64,000 bases of DNA, from contig NC_134029.1 in the NCBI RefSeq assembly GCF_964204645.1, forward strand, positions 16,424,950 through 16,488,949, in the 5' to 3' direction. The translations under genes were made by a program, and so were the position numbers. Origin of the DNA: Tubulanus polymorphus. Taxonomy: Eukaryota > Animalia > Nemertea. Shown one piece after another: positions 27,201-37,692 of the stretch; the stretch's first letter is position 1; the number at the start of each line of letters is the position of its first letter. The notes under the pieces were generated by a model. The model saw nothing but the letters and a program-made list of their open reading frames with translations, ran no database searches and was not told the origin of the DNA.

Positions 27201-28167
27201 GTACGTATCTATTTCTTTATTGACTCATTGGATTTAAACCCACATAGTTATTGCCTATGACTGCATTCGTTTTCCATCCATTTGTAGTCAAGCGCGTTGG
27301 AAGCAATTTTTGATTGTCACAGACAATTGCCAATTTTTGACTGGTTCTAATATTGCAGCGCAGTATAGAACAAAATCATCGTATAGAACAAAAAGAGCCA
27401 TTCAGTAAAAAGTAAAACTTAAGTCATTCAGTAAATAATTGCCGTGGCTGCAGTCGTTAAAGTTCCAACCCCACTGGTTGATTGAGTTTTTGGTTTACCA
27501 TTGTAGCTAATTGGATTGCTTGCCAAATAAGTGATAAATGGCCCCACAAGACTTTCTGAGAGCACCTCCTATTTGGCTCTAAAGCACTATAGAAATATAA
27601 ATTTTAAAAAGCTAATCAGAGAGCAAAGCTACAGAGAGCAAAGCCTCCTCTCTCATTAGCTTAGCTGCAGAAATCAGCAAGTTTTCTCGTGAACCTGCGG
27701 AATCGTCAACTGTTTTACTTCCAGGTTTTATTTTAAGATTCAGAATTATATTTCAAGATCAATTTCTGTGCAATATTAGGTTGATCAAGTTTTTGGGAGG
27801 AATTTTTATTTGCACTACAGAAAATTCATCCATGACAATTGCCTCCTCATGTATGCAATTTTATGCAATATTTTTATTTTTTTGTAGATTCAAAAAACCG
27901 AAGAAGGAATCGTTATTAACTACTGCATATTACATAGAATATCGGAATCAACAGGAGCATCCTGCAAAAATACAAGTAAACCGCGGAATGGAAGATGAAC
28001 AACCAAATGAGAATAAAACTATGAGTATTAAAGGCAGTATAGGAAGCGTGCTCGCTAAAATCAGTATGAATAGCAGTAAAACTAGTAGTAAAACTATATT
28101 TTACAAACCTGATGAGAAAGAGCTGTTACGTGTCGGGTCTGACGATGAGGAAACAACAAATTTATGA
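3202..28167 (+). CDS. ATP7: Copper-transporting P1B-type ATPase (ATP7A/ATP7B co-ortholog), multi-exon
   Basis: Exons read with GT-AG and consistent phases: (3202-3264 or 5210-5266, tentative first exons), 5482-5559, 11086-12004, 12691-12891, 13755-13918, 14051-14212, 15392-15468, 15566-15803, 15897-16130, 16521-16661, 16752-16860, 22009-22268, 22433-22627, 23924-24106, 24564-24735, 24829-24987, 26160-26302, 26385-26588, 26750-26867, 27098-27200, 27888-28167 (TGA). Motifs: six GMTCxSC metal-binding domains, TGES, CPC, DKTGT, SEHPI, TGDN, GDGIND, YN, MAASS, C-terminal DEKELL and -TNL. The exons upstream of 11086 are less certain than the core. Confidence 0.96.
3627..4091. mobile_element. Mutator/foldback-like MITE, copy 1
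   Basis: Repetitive TIRs (GGTAAAAATGTCCC units / GGGACATTTTTACC); 9-bp TSD gtgacatat/gtgacatag. Confidence 0.8.
5703..6169. mobile_element. Mutator/foldback-like MITE, copy 2
   Basis: Same family as 3627-4091; 9-bp TSD gtaatgcat/ataatgcat. Confidence 0.8.
6730..7218 (-). mobile_element. CR1-clade LINE 3' fragment
   Basis: Frameshifted ORF2 C-terminus: [26 protein letters not shown]...[34 protein letters not shown]...FKSRIDK. The 3' boundary is approximate. Confidence 0.85.
7219..7548 (-). mobile_element. Penelope-like element fragment (GIY-YIG endonuclease start fused to pLTR)
   Basis: [17 protein letters not shown] (GIY-YIG) is directly followed by the 3' half of the same pLTR/hammerhead sequence seen at 37436-37692. 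Confidence 0.8.
8161..9290 (-). pseudogene. Decayed THAP + HTH transposase of the PIF/Harbinger-related (ISL2EU-like) group
   Basis: THAP signature CCYGIC...FIPFP...W...YICLKHF...P with a frameshift; GT-AG intron at about 9016-8824; exon 2 has in-frame stops, then FFTGL...LFNFL...[14 protein letters not shown] (HTH_Tnp_4-like). DDE domain is missing. Confidence 0.8.
9339..10109. mobile_element. PIF/Harbinger (Tourist-like) MITE
   Basis: 36-bp perfect TIR AGGCTGGCTTATGTCGACAAGCAACGCAACGCCTAC; TAA TSD at 9336-9338 and 10110-10112; subterminal GCTTATGTCG repeats. Confidence 0.9.
13018..13302. mobile_element. CAGGGGYGGATCYAG-type (hAT-like) MITE, degenerate
   Basis: Left end CAGGGGTGGATCTAG and a degenerate right end; related ends at 49149 and 55126. 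Confidence 0.5.
17052..18824 (+). mobile_element. Chimeric HINE: family A ends around a family B body
   Basis: 5' hairpin AGCTCCGC..GCGGAGCT plus (GTCC)n, then family B body with about 120-bp tandem units and a B 3' end at 18310, then family A tandem units and the A 3' subTIR GCGGAGCT (18791) plus hairpin. Confidence 0.8.
20202..21477 (+). mobile_element. HINE/DINE-1-like element, family B, full length
   Basis: T-run insertion site, 5' subTIR GCCCACTTGGGA with hairpin, (GTCC)n microsatellite, five units of about 120 bp, 3' subTIR TCCCAAGTGGGC, short hairpin, CTAGTT. Confidence 0.85.
23315..23822. mobile_element. piggyBac-type MITE
   Basis: TTAA|CCCTTT ... AAAGGG|TTAA ends. Confidence 0.75.
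25542..26119. mobile_element. Tc1/pogo-type MITE
   Basis: TIR CCGTAAAAACCGGCGTATAAGTC, TA TSD, subterminal GACCTCGACTTATACGCCG repeats. Confidence 0.85.
27289..27476 (+). mobile_element. Short CAG-terminated MITE (copy in last ATP7 intron)
   Basis: Reverse-complement homolog of 28966-29146 (GTTGGAAGCAATTTTTGATTG...). Confidence 0.6.
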
Positions 28168-28195
28168 TCTACACCACATACTGATGAAAGCTGAG

Positions 28196-28660
28196 CTTTT
28201 TCAACCGACTTGGGACTTAAGTCCTAGCAGGCTTTTGCGTTCACTTTTCGTCCATTTTGTCCATCTGTCCAACAGAATCTAGTTATTTCTAGTTATTGTT
28301 AAGTTTAGAAGATGCTCTATGGAATTGTCTTGATATTTGGTTTATATGTGTAGGATCTATCTACCCTTGACACAACTGCAGCCCAAAAGCTGGCTTGATC
28401 AGAATCAAGATAGCCGACTGGCAGCCATTGTTATTTGCCAAAATCAACACTTTTTACTACAAGTTTTCAAGGGAAATTTTGAAGATGCTTTGATGTGTAG
28501 CTCCTTAGGGCCCATCATCATAAGACAAATGTTCTATGATTGTGGTGAGTTTCAAGCTCATTAGTTTCTGCATTTGTTCATCAAGAGATGTTGGTTATTG
28601 AAAATGTTAGATTGTCAAGCATTTTACCAAACGAGCATGTTGTCCCTGAACCCCTTGTTC
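28196..28660 (+). mobile_element. Degenerate, internally deleted family B HINE just after the ATP7 stop
   Basis: TTTTTTCAACCGACTTGGGACTTAAGTCCTAGCAGGCTTTTGCGTTCACTTTTCGTCC... matches the 5' end of 20202; degenerate 3' end GCATGTTGTCCCTGAACCCCTTGTT. Confidence 0.75.
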
Positions 28661-28965
28661 TAATCTTAATTTACTCAACTTTTGTTGAAATTTAAGCAAT
28701 AAATAATGAATTATCTTAAGTTTTTAAACATACATGTATAATGAATGAATCCGTCCTGATTCATATAGAATGAATATGTTAAACTGTTTTCTTCCCAGCT
28801 GCTGTGATCACTGCTATATGTATGTTTAATTTAGCTTTTATAGTGAAATATGCCTCGGGAGTTTTTTAATCTAAACCTTTGTATAATTTTTCTTAACGCT
28901 GATAAAATTGTGACAAAATCAGCTTGGCGGTGCTAATGGCAATAAGGATTCACTTTCACCCATTA

Positions 28966-29146
28966 CAGTTGCGTTGGAAGTGCAGCGACTGCAGCAGCGA
29001 AAGTTGCGGCAATAATTTACCGAATGATGTTTTTTTTTTCATTGAATGAATTTTGAAGAAATTAAGTAAATTTGCCGCGTAAGTTTAGAACCTGTCCAAA
29101 ATCGGTATTTGGCCATAGCAATCAAAAATTGCTTCCAACACGCCTG
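28966..29146 (-). mobile_element. Short CAG-terminated MITE with 5-bp TSD
   Basis: Imperfect TIR CAGTTGCGTTGGAAG / CTTCCAACACGCCTG flanked by catta on both sides. Confidence 0.65.
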
Positions 29147-29569
29147 CATTAGTATTCAGCTATTTCACAAAGAAGTGTGTTTACACCTCAAAGAGCAAAC
29201 AGTAAAGAAACACATGTGAGACAGTTTGTGTATGAAATTAAGTGATAAATTCTGAATTTATTTTTCTAATGCATTACGCACTGGGCAGTGCAAGTGGGTA
29301 GGTACGCAGTGAAAGGGTTAATTTGGTACAAAACAGTCCATTTCCAGTTGAATTTTATGTATAACACACAATTTAGTATTTACAGGATATTATGTAGTAT
29401 AAAATTTGATGACGTGGAAGCAAATCGGTGACATTTTGACCCCCATGAATTCATCCAAAATTTACTTTGATAGAACTGTCATGTTCATACCCCAAATACT
29501 TGAGAATTCCAAGTGGAAAGATGTTGATTTCTGTATGGACTTGATGGATGTGAAGTAGGTAGGGCAGAT

Positions 29570-29600
29570 CAGGGAAGTGTAATCTCATTACACTTCCCTG
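29570..29600. mobile_element. 31-bp palindrome with 7-bp TSD (putative P-superfamily footprint)
   Basis: ggcagat|CAGGGAAGTGTAAT-ctc-ATTACACTTCCCTG|ggcagat. Confidence 0.65.
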
Positions 29601-29670
29601 GGCAGATCAGGCAGTTTGAGGACTAATAGGTTTAGTCATTGAAATTGAGATTACATTAGAAATGGTGCAG

Positions 29671-30865
29671 CAACTTGAATATCGACTTTCTGTTAATAGA
29701 AAAATATTAAACAATTTACCTACAAAATTGCCATTTTTATAATGAATTAAGCAATGATGCATCGGAGCCCCTCTTCTAACTATACAACACATAAATGCGT
29801 GAAGCAATCCTATCTCTTTAATACTATAACGCTTCCTGCAAGACTAGGAACAGCCAAATGTTGCCGAATTTCCTAATTATCAATATTTATCTGTAAGATC
29901 AGCTGTCCAGAGTTCAGCGATTTCATTCAAGCATTTCGGAGATATGATTATTTCACACCTTTCTGTATAGTAGAAATACTAGAGTAGTGTGTATAGGGTC
30001 ATGGGTATAACAGTTGCGTCAAGGATAATTCAGAAATTAAGATGGTGAATGTTTAACCGTTGATTACGGTAATATTTAATTTTTTAACTAACAAGGCTTT
30101 GATGATAAGTCATGTTTGTCGTCGTTTGCCTGATTTTCAACATGCTATTATGTTCACTGGTTAAATTCACTTCAAATTTTCGAAACTCGTCAAAACAATC
30201 TATCAGTATTATATAGCGGTATATATACTCAAGACAATGAATACAACATCTGTGCGATTCGAAAATCACATCATAGTGTTGATACGCTGACGGTTTCAAT
30301 ATATGAAGATATATCTATACTAGGGAATTGTTTTGATGAGTTTCAAAAGATTGGAATGAATTTAACCAGCATCTTTCCTAGGGTCGGATCCAGGGGGGTT
30401 GCACAAATTTGTCAAATGTCTTGTTCAAAAAAAGGTTTAATTATTGTCCAAAAAATATCAAATATTACCAAAAATACTCTTAAAAGGGCACGACTCAATA
30501 ACAGGGGCTTGTATCAACTTGAATATCGACTTTGTTATTAGAAAAATATTAAACACTTCACCTTCAAACTTGCCATAATTATAATGAATTAAGCGACGAT
30601 GCATCGGAGCCCCTCTTCTAACTATACAACACATAAAGGCATGAAGTAATCCTATCTTTAAACTATAACGCTACCCGCAAGACAAGGAACAACCAAAGAT
30701 TGAAGTGAATTTAACCAGCATCTTTCCTAGGGTCGGATGCAGGGGGTTGCACAAATTTGTCAAATGTCTTATTCAAAAAAAAAGGTTTAATTCTTGTCCA
30801 AAAAATATCGAATATTACCAAAAATACTCTTAAAAGGGCACGACTCAATAACAGGGGCTTGTATC
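29671..30865. repeat. Complex local duplication A-X-B-A'-B'
   Basis: 29671-29860 recurs at about 30515-30700; 30356-30515 recurs at about 30706-30865. Confidence 0.8.
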
Positions 30866-30935
30866 CGAGTTGTAGGTAGTGTAAAAACGATAATCTGTTT
30901 ATGTTCACTACCTACAACTCTGATACAAGCCCCTG
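30852..30935. mobile_element. 84-bp hairpin MITE
   Basis: About 30-bp TIR CAGGGGCTTGTATC(C/A)GAGTTGTAGGTAGTG; no clear TSD. Confidence 0.65.
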
Positions 30936-31616
30936 TGAACTCAATTGTCACACACTCAAATTGCCCAGAAAATCCTATAGAAATCCTAAAGGGTGCATTC
31001 ATATTGCCAACTATTGGACTACAGTGTAAAAAAAAACGTTATTAAAGGGCAAAAAATATTGTTCGTATCAATACATGCAATTAAAATACATGAAATAAAA
31101 AAGTTCTATGTATATCATAATAATCGTCTTCAGTTGTTACATTTATTTCCACGTCTATTCTACCTCTCCATAGCAGGTTTATGAAATATTTTTGCAGGCA
31201 GCTCCAGAGTGACTTAAATTGCATCTCGGCAGGAAAAAAATACTGGTTGGGAAGCTTCTTTGTGGGTTCCTCGCTATGTTAGAGGCTCTTCAGCTTTTGT
31301 TTGGGGCCTGTACATGTACTCATGTACTGCACATGTAATGAATTAGTGCTAGTATTTGGGTCTAGAAATTCTGGTACCTGATAAACAAATGTTTTGCAGG
31401 AACATAGCAAGTCCTGTCTTGGGTGGTTTTCATAATTTTCCCTGTGCAAGACTTTCAATCCCGATTTAGATATGATAAATAGGAACAGAAAAATTTCCTT
31501 GTATTCAAATAGATTTGACAAGGGTAATAAGAAGTCGTGAGTAAATGGTGCAGATATGCAGGAAATATGCATATGCATATGCATACACAGCTCTCCTTGC
31601 TGAGCACATTTTTCGA

Positions 31617-31793
31617 CTCGTGTGCGGGGCCCTATATATTCTGCGCTAAATGCTTACGAACTTTGCCCAGTGCAAAATGTGCTCGTGTGCGGGCCCCTTT
31701 AGCTATTTGGCGAACGACAAAATGTGCTCGAAAAATCGCCCGCACACGAGCCGAAAACTGCGTCCGCATCATTCGGCTCGTGTGCGAGGCCTT
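31617..31793. mobile_element. Harbinger-like MITE end fragment
   Basis: Repeated CTCGTGTGCG / CGCACACGAG subterminal motifs ending GAGGCCTT. Confidence 0.45.
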
Positions 31794-32515
31794 TATACAT
31801 TAATTAATTTTGTCGGCGTAAACGGTGACGCCATTAACGGCACAACAATGAAATAAAGTATTCCAAATTTGGTCCATTCCAGGTGCAGTCCCATTTGGAA
31901 CGATCTAGTCATGCCCGTGCATAACTTGTTTGACGGGCAGTTCTATTTCGAGAAAAATGGCACTTTTACTAAACTGTGAAAAGGGACACTTACCTATTGA
32001 AAAATTGACATCTTAAACATATACCTGAATGAATAATTCCCGGGGAATGATTTAATTAAGAATGGATTACTTTTCATTTTTCAAAAAAGAATTTAAATTG
32101 GATCCAAATTTCGAAAAATCATGACTCGAATTTTTTACACTGACTCTTTGAAGGGCACCTGCATTATCATTTTTAGGGGGTTTGTTCACTATCGCCGTCC
32201 AGGTGAAAATTCATATAGCGCGTGTTACATCAAAAAATGTTCACCGGCGCTTTAAAATTAGTGAAAACTGGTATTAACGTTAATACATAAAAGCAGAAAC
32301 CATTTTTACTGTTCTCGTAAATGCATCTGTAAATTGTTCAAAATTCCCGAGAATATTGCCTCGAGTATTCCGTGCTCACGCGTTGAAATTAAACATCTGT
32401 AGATTGCGCCCTTTCAAATCCGCGCGTAATAGTGGTCAAAATTGGGAGTCTGCTCTTCATGCACGGACCGTGCATAAATTGAAGAGATATTTGAGGCGTT
32501 TCTCATGGAAGAAAT

Positions 32516-32538
32516 CAGGGAGGTGGGCCACCTCCCTG
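32516..32538. mobile_element. 23-bp palindrome with 7-bp TSD (putative P-superfamily footprint)
   Basis: aagaaat|CAGGGAGGTGG-g-CCACCTCCCTG|aagaaat. Confidence 0.6.
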
Positions 32539-34136
32539 AAGAAATAAAGGATTAAATGATGATGATGATTGACGCATGAAATCAAATATTTTTTTGTGAA
32601 AGGGGTCAGAGGAAAAGAATGAAATATGTATTTAAACTGTATAGTAATTTGTGATTAAAGGGTGATGTAACGGATTAATCCTGGATTAAAGCGTGCTAGT
32701 TCCCAAGGTAACATCGTCTATCGCCTGACCACGCGTGCTCGACACAAGTCGCCCTGAAATTTATGTGAATACGAAGAATTATGTTAATACAAGCGAATCC
32801 ATTAGCCAAAAAAAACTCTGAATCAAAACAGATAATCCGTACCCAAGCCGCAGGGCGGACGAATAGGTTATTGACACAATGTTCTCGATTTTGCTTTAAG
32901 CTTAAATAACTCTATAGCACCCAATGTTCACACAGAACTTTGATCTCGCGGTTTTATTGCCCATTGAATGTTACACCACGGGCGCCAGATTCCTTTCCTA
33001 CGAGAAAGTTTGAAAGGGTTTTGGTCGAGAACTTTGAATACATGTAGACCTGGAAATGGTGGAAGACGAGTATAGGCCTATCAGTCGGATCGCGATGGAA
33101 AAAAGATAAATTCTGATTTTTCAACAAATCGCGCAGAAGTGAATAGTGTCTAATAAAGGACGAACATCCATGGCAACCTTTTATCGGTTGGTCAGTTTAT
33201 AGTTGACTATTGTCTGTCGAGTCAGGTGCCACTGGCGGCTTTTAGTTTGTTTTGCCTTAGTTACGTAGATGTGTTTGAGATGCCAGTAGATCTATAATGC
33301 ACATCCTTATATCCCCAGATATAATCTATTGTGACGCAGTTAAAATATTCCGGCAATCTATTGTGCGATTTTATTTTAGAGTAGAATATTATGTAATCTA
33401 TTATTCACGCGGTAAGGGATACGGAAGGAACCCGAAAAGCCGCGGACTCTATAGCACTCGACTAACCGTCCATGCGGGTAGTTCCTACTACATTAGCCTT
33501 CTGTCCGTTGTCAAGGCCCGCAGCCGATCGACCACGTAACTAAAACCGAAAGGAATTCTGAAATATTTGATTCCGGCTTATTTTCGGAAATCTGTGTAAT
33601 CATCCCCAGCCAATTGTTCGTATTAGCACGAGTTCAATAGTTTTTGTGAATTTCCTGATTTTGTTGAATGTACAGGAATATACAATCGTGTCTGGCCTAT
33701 AAAGTACAGTGTACTATATTTAGCAGTAATCTCAGGCAGAAAAAAACACATCGTGGTGTTTTTAAAGGTTGTTGATGACGTTAGTGAGTGGTTTTCACTT
33801 AATGATGATTTTTCTTTCCTAAAATAGATCAGTTGAACTTTTTGAATACATCAATATGAATAAATCGACTTTATGATTGTATAAATTATTTGTGCACTTT
33901 TCAAAAGGTGTGACTTATTTATGCCTGCTTTGAAGAATAAGGAATTCTTACCTTGGGAGATCAGTTTGCTGTACATGAGTCGAAATCGTCATAGCTGGGA
34001 CCAGCTGATGACTGACCAAAATTTCGACTTACGCTTTTAAATTGGAATTGGAAATACAATAGATTATCTTAAATAAATAAAGTGACAGCTTTTTTGAGAA
34101 TAGCGGATTACCTCGGATATATCGTCTGTCTTAGAC

Positions 34137-34168
34137 CATGCACGTATAACTTGGTTTATACGTCCATG
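34137..34168. mobile_element. 32-bp palindrome with 7-bp TSD (putative P-superfamily footprint)
   Basis: cttagac|CATGCACGTATAA-cttggt-TTATACGTCCATG|cttacac. Confidence 0.6.
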
Positions 34169-37100
34169 CTTACACTCACATTCAGAAAATAAATATATCA
34201 AAATCCCCTAAAGTCCTAATTCAAAATCCGAAATGAGTCGTTCCGTCAAAGCACCAATATTAACATATGGTGCTATATCGGTACATCGGTTGGAAATCGC
34301 GTGCACGACGCCGGACCATAATCAGACTGACCATTGTTTTGGGAGAGTCTTTCATTCCATTTTTCCATTGATAAAAATTATTTCAGCAATATGGTCCCTA
34401 GGAATTTCATTCCAAACATGCGAATTTTATGAAACGTCTCTCGCGACTGGTTGAGAAAAAAATTGATCCTGTACGGTATGCATACAAAATAAACACATTC
34501 GTTACTTTTTAACCGATACGAAAAAAATTCATTACAAACATTATAACAACACGGATATCATTTCAGATGAACCATCCAGATTTTCACGTTGCTCTTAAAT
34601 ATAATCATTTTGATATAGAACTTTTCATTGTTGGCTTCATTATTGTGGGATTTCTCTCGTTATCATCATGCACGGATGTATCTTCTCGTCTCAGACCTAA
34701 CTATACGTACGTACTCGTCTGGCATGTCGTCTAGTAACGAGTTGCGCATCGGCAATGATCTTTTTATCGGAGAAAAAAACTATATCTTAAATATCTGTCA
34801 TAAAGATAATATTATCATAGATAAAGACGGATATGACGTCGTCCGCCCTGTGGTAAAATTAACACCGACAGCTGAATACACTTGACCGAGGAGGAAGCAT
34901 TGCAGCGAGAAAGAGATTACCTCAAGGGAGATATAATGTGATATGTTTGCTTTAAAGCATGGAATAATGGACAATATCATCTTCAACCTTTTCCGAATCT
35001 CAATGTATTAAATTAGACGGCAAACAAAATAACTCCAGAAAGCATTCGCTTGCATGTTCAGGCTGGTTGGACCGTGACTGTTTACATTAATTTTCATAAG
35101 AATTATTTTATACAAAAATTCAACGATTTATACAAAAGTTCTGTAAATTCGAACACCGATTACACCTGTACTACGATTTCCGATTTCAAAATAAAACTCC
35201 CTGTCCAGCTCCCGCCAGATGTGGTGGGTTTGTAAGGGGCACGAACAAAATTGAAATCAAATAATGAAATCAAAATTAAAGATAAATAAGAGGATAATTC
35301 TTATTTGAAGATTAAAAAGAATACAGAATAGAGGATAAGACTTTTCTCCTCAAATATTTCATTACAAGAAAAGATATGAAAGAAGAATGATGAATACAAT
35401 GTAATTGAATAGGAATAATCTAAAATGTTATTCAATTTATTATCCACATTGTCACATCGTTTAGAGATTAGTTTTGCCTCGGCTTTTTTTCGGTAATGGC
35501 AATAACGGACGCATCTCCTTGTGTGTAAACATCAACTACCAATTTCTATAGACATGCAGTTGAGTTGACAATTTAATAGATAGCGGATACTATATCAATT
35601 GTGGGGTTCAATACTTTTATTCATAATCATAATATATATAGGCCGCATTGCGTACCCAAATTAAACGAAATCTCGTTCGCCTGTCAGAGTGTAAGGTGTA
35701 GATTAGGAGGTGTGAAAACCTACCACTACACGCACCAGGTGAATTCCGGTAATGCACGACCCATTGTCTCTTCTCAGTCTCCAAGGATGCGCAGACGGCT
35801 CTGCGTAAATAGCCCAAAGCTTTCACATCTAAAATGTCACCTTCTTACTATACATGAAATTCACAAATTATGCAACTTTGTTTGTCGAAGTTGTACATAC
35901 GATGCGCTACATGCAACCATCCGGATTTTGGAAACTCGTCGGGTTTAAACGTGAACGTTTTAGCGCGACCATTCTTCAGGGCAAACAGGAAAGGCAAACT
36001 AAAATGTTAAATTTTGTTGTTAAGTTGATCCTCACTTCATCCTTACGCCAAATAAAACGGACTTAGAGTGGTGAATCGAGAACTGCAACATGCATATCGT
36101 ATAATCTTCTTTTGATACCATAAACATTTTGATTAATTGCACTGCCCGAAAGAACAGAAAGCCAGCTTGAACGAATCGCAAGGTTAAAAACACCACGATC
36201 CGCTAGTCTGGCCTTATAAAGGATGGCTCGTTCTGTAACTGAATATGTAAATCAGGAATAGATGATACATAAAACAGCATAAATCTTAAGGCCTTATCTC
36301 AGTTTCTGCGTATATGTGCTACAGCTGGAATTGAGGGTGGTTGCGTGCGTTGGGGAGACTTGTTTCATACACAGGATGTAATTAGTCATTATTCGATCCG
36401 TCGTCTAGGGCTAACAACTGAAATTTGATAAATCAATAAAAATCTGTCGGACAGTGTACCGGAATTTAGATGCCGGGGAAGTGTATAATTATAACCGGAA
36501 GTAAAAGTTAAATCTAGTTGCAATCTAATGTCGATTTATTGTACAGTAAGGTTTCTGTTTGATAGGCCCATAAAGATGTTTTGAGGGGGCACCTGGCTTG
36601 CAAACGCAATTATTCCATGGACATTAAAACGAGATGAGCCCATGATTCCGATTATATATGAATACATTAGAAAATCACTAAATACCCGTGGAAACCATGG
36701 GGTTTCCTAAGCCCAGAACATTATTTTTCGAATGATTGCAATTTGTTGGAGCCTTGTAGAACCATTATATGACTGTTACGTTTCTTTTCCGCATGCCCGC
36801 GGAGATTATGCGGGTGAATTATTGATAATCATTGCAGTTTAGCTTGAATTTATATTAAAATAACTTTATTTTGTCCGCGAGTGGCGTTTTTTCCTACTGT
36901 GCAAAAGTGGCATTTTTCCTGTAAAATTTGGTGGTGTTTTTTCGGTGGCATTTTTCCGTATACTACTACGTGCAGGCTTGTACATAATATACAAAAGTTC
37001 TCTGATGAGTTTCAATAACATTCATAATCAATAGTTCATTAATTATATACTTTCGACGTCTATAAAATCTGGAAAGAAGGGTGAAAATAAAACTTAAGCG

Positions 37101-37435
37101 TTCTATTTACCATCCTTAGTTTAAACTTTTAACGGTGGCAGTTTTCTACTGTCATTTTCACTGGTGGCTTTTTTCCGTTGGTATTTCTTCCGGTGGCATT
37201 TTTTTCCATACAATCCGTAGATATTACTTAAGAATTCTGTGCCATTATTTCAGCGTATAACCGTAATTAAAAAGGGAGTAACGTTCGCAGTTAGTGAAAC
37301 AACATCTACAGGTTGGCTTAAACTAAAATGGCATATCAATCCCTTGAAAATTACTCAGAAAGGTCTACTAATCGTAGCATTAGATTAGAATATTGATTGT
37401 ACAATAACCACACTCAAACATGGTGAACGGATAAT

Positions 37436-37692
37436 AAGATAAAAATCCACTATGTACAAATTAAAATAATTTTAAAATCGATAATCTTTTATTCAAAAAA
37501 TATGAAATACACGACGTTTCGATCCGGGGTTTCGATCTCACCCTAGAGATCATCGTCAGGCATCATCACACCTGACGATGATCTCTAGGGTGAGATCGAA
37601 ACGTCGTGTATTCTATATCTTTAGAATAAATTCTTTGAATAAATTCTCGATTTGAAAATTCTTTTAATTTGCAAATAGTGGGTTTTTATCTT
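37436..37692. mobile_element. Inverted pair of Penelope pLTRs (palindrome)
   Basis: Arms of about 120 bp are reverse complements of each other and match the pLTR next to the GIY-YIG fragment at 7219-7323. Confidence 0.8.
37568..37609 (+). ncRNA. Minimal type I hammerhead ribozyme (Penelope-type)
   Basis: Stem I ACAC/GUGU; CUGACGA core plus extra U; stem II GAUCUC/GAGAUC; GAAAC-GUC with palindromic ACGU stem III. Predicted cleavage after 37605. Confidence 0.7.
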
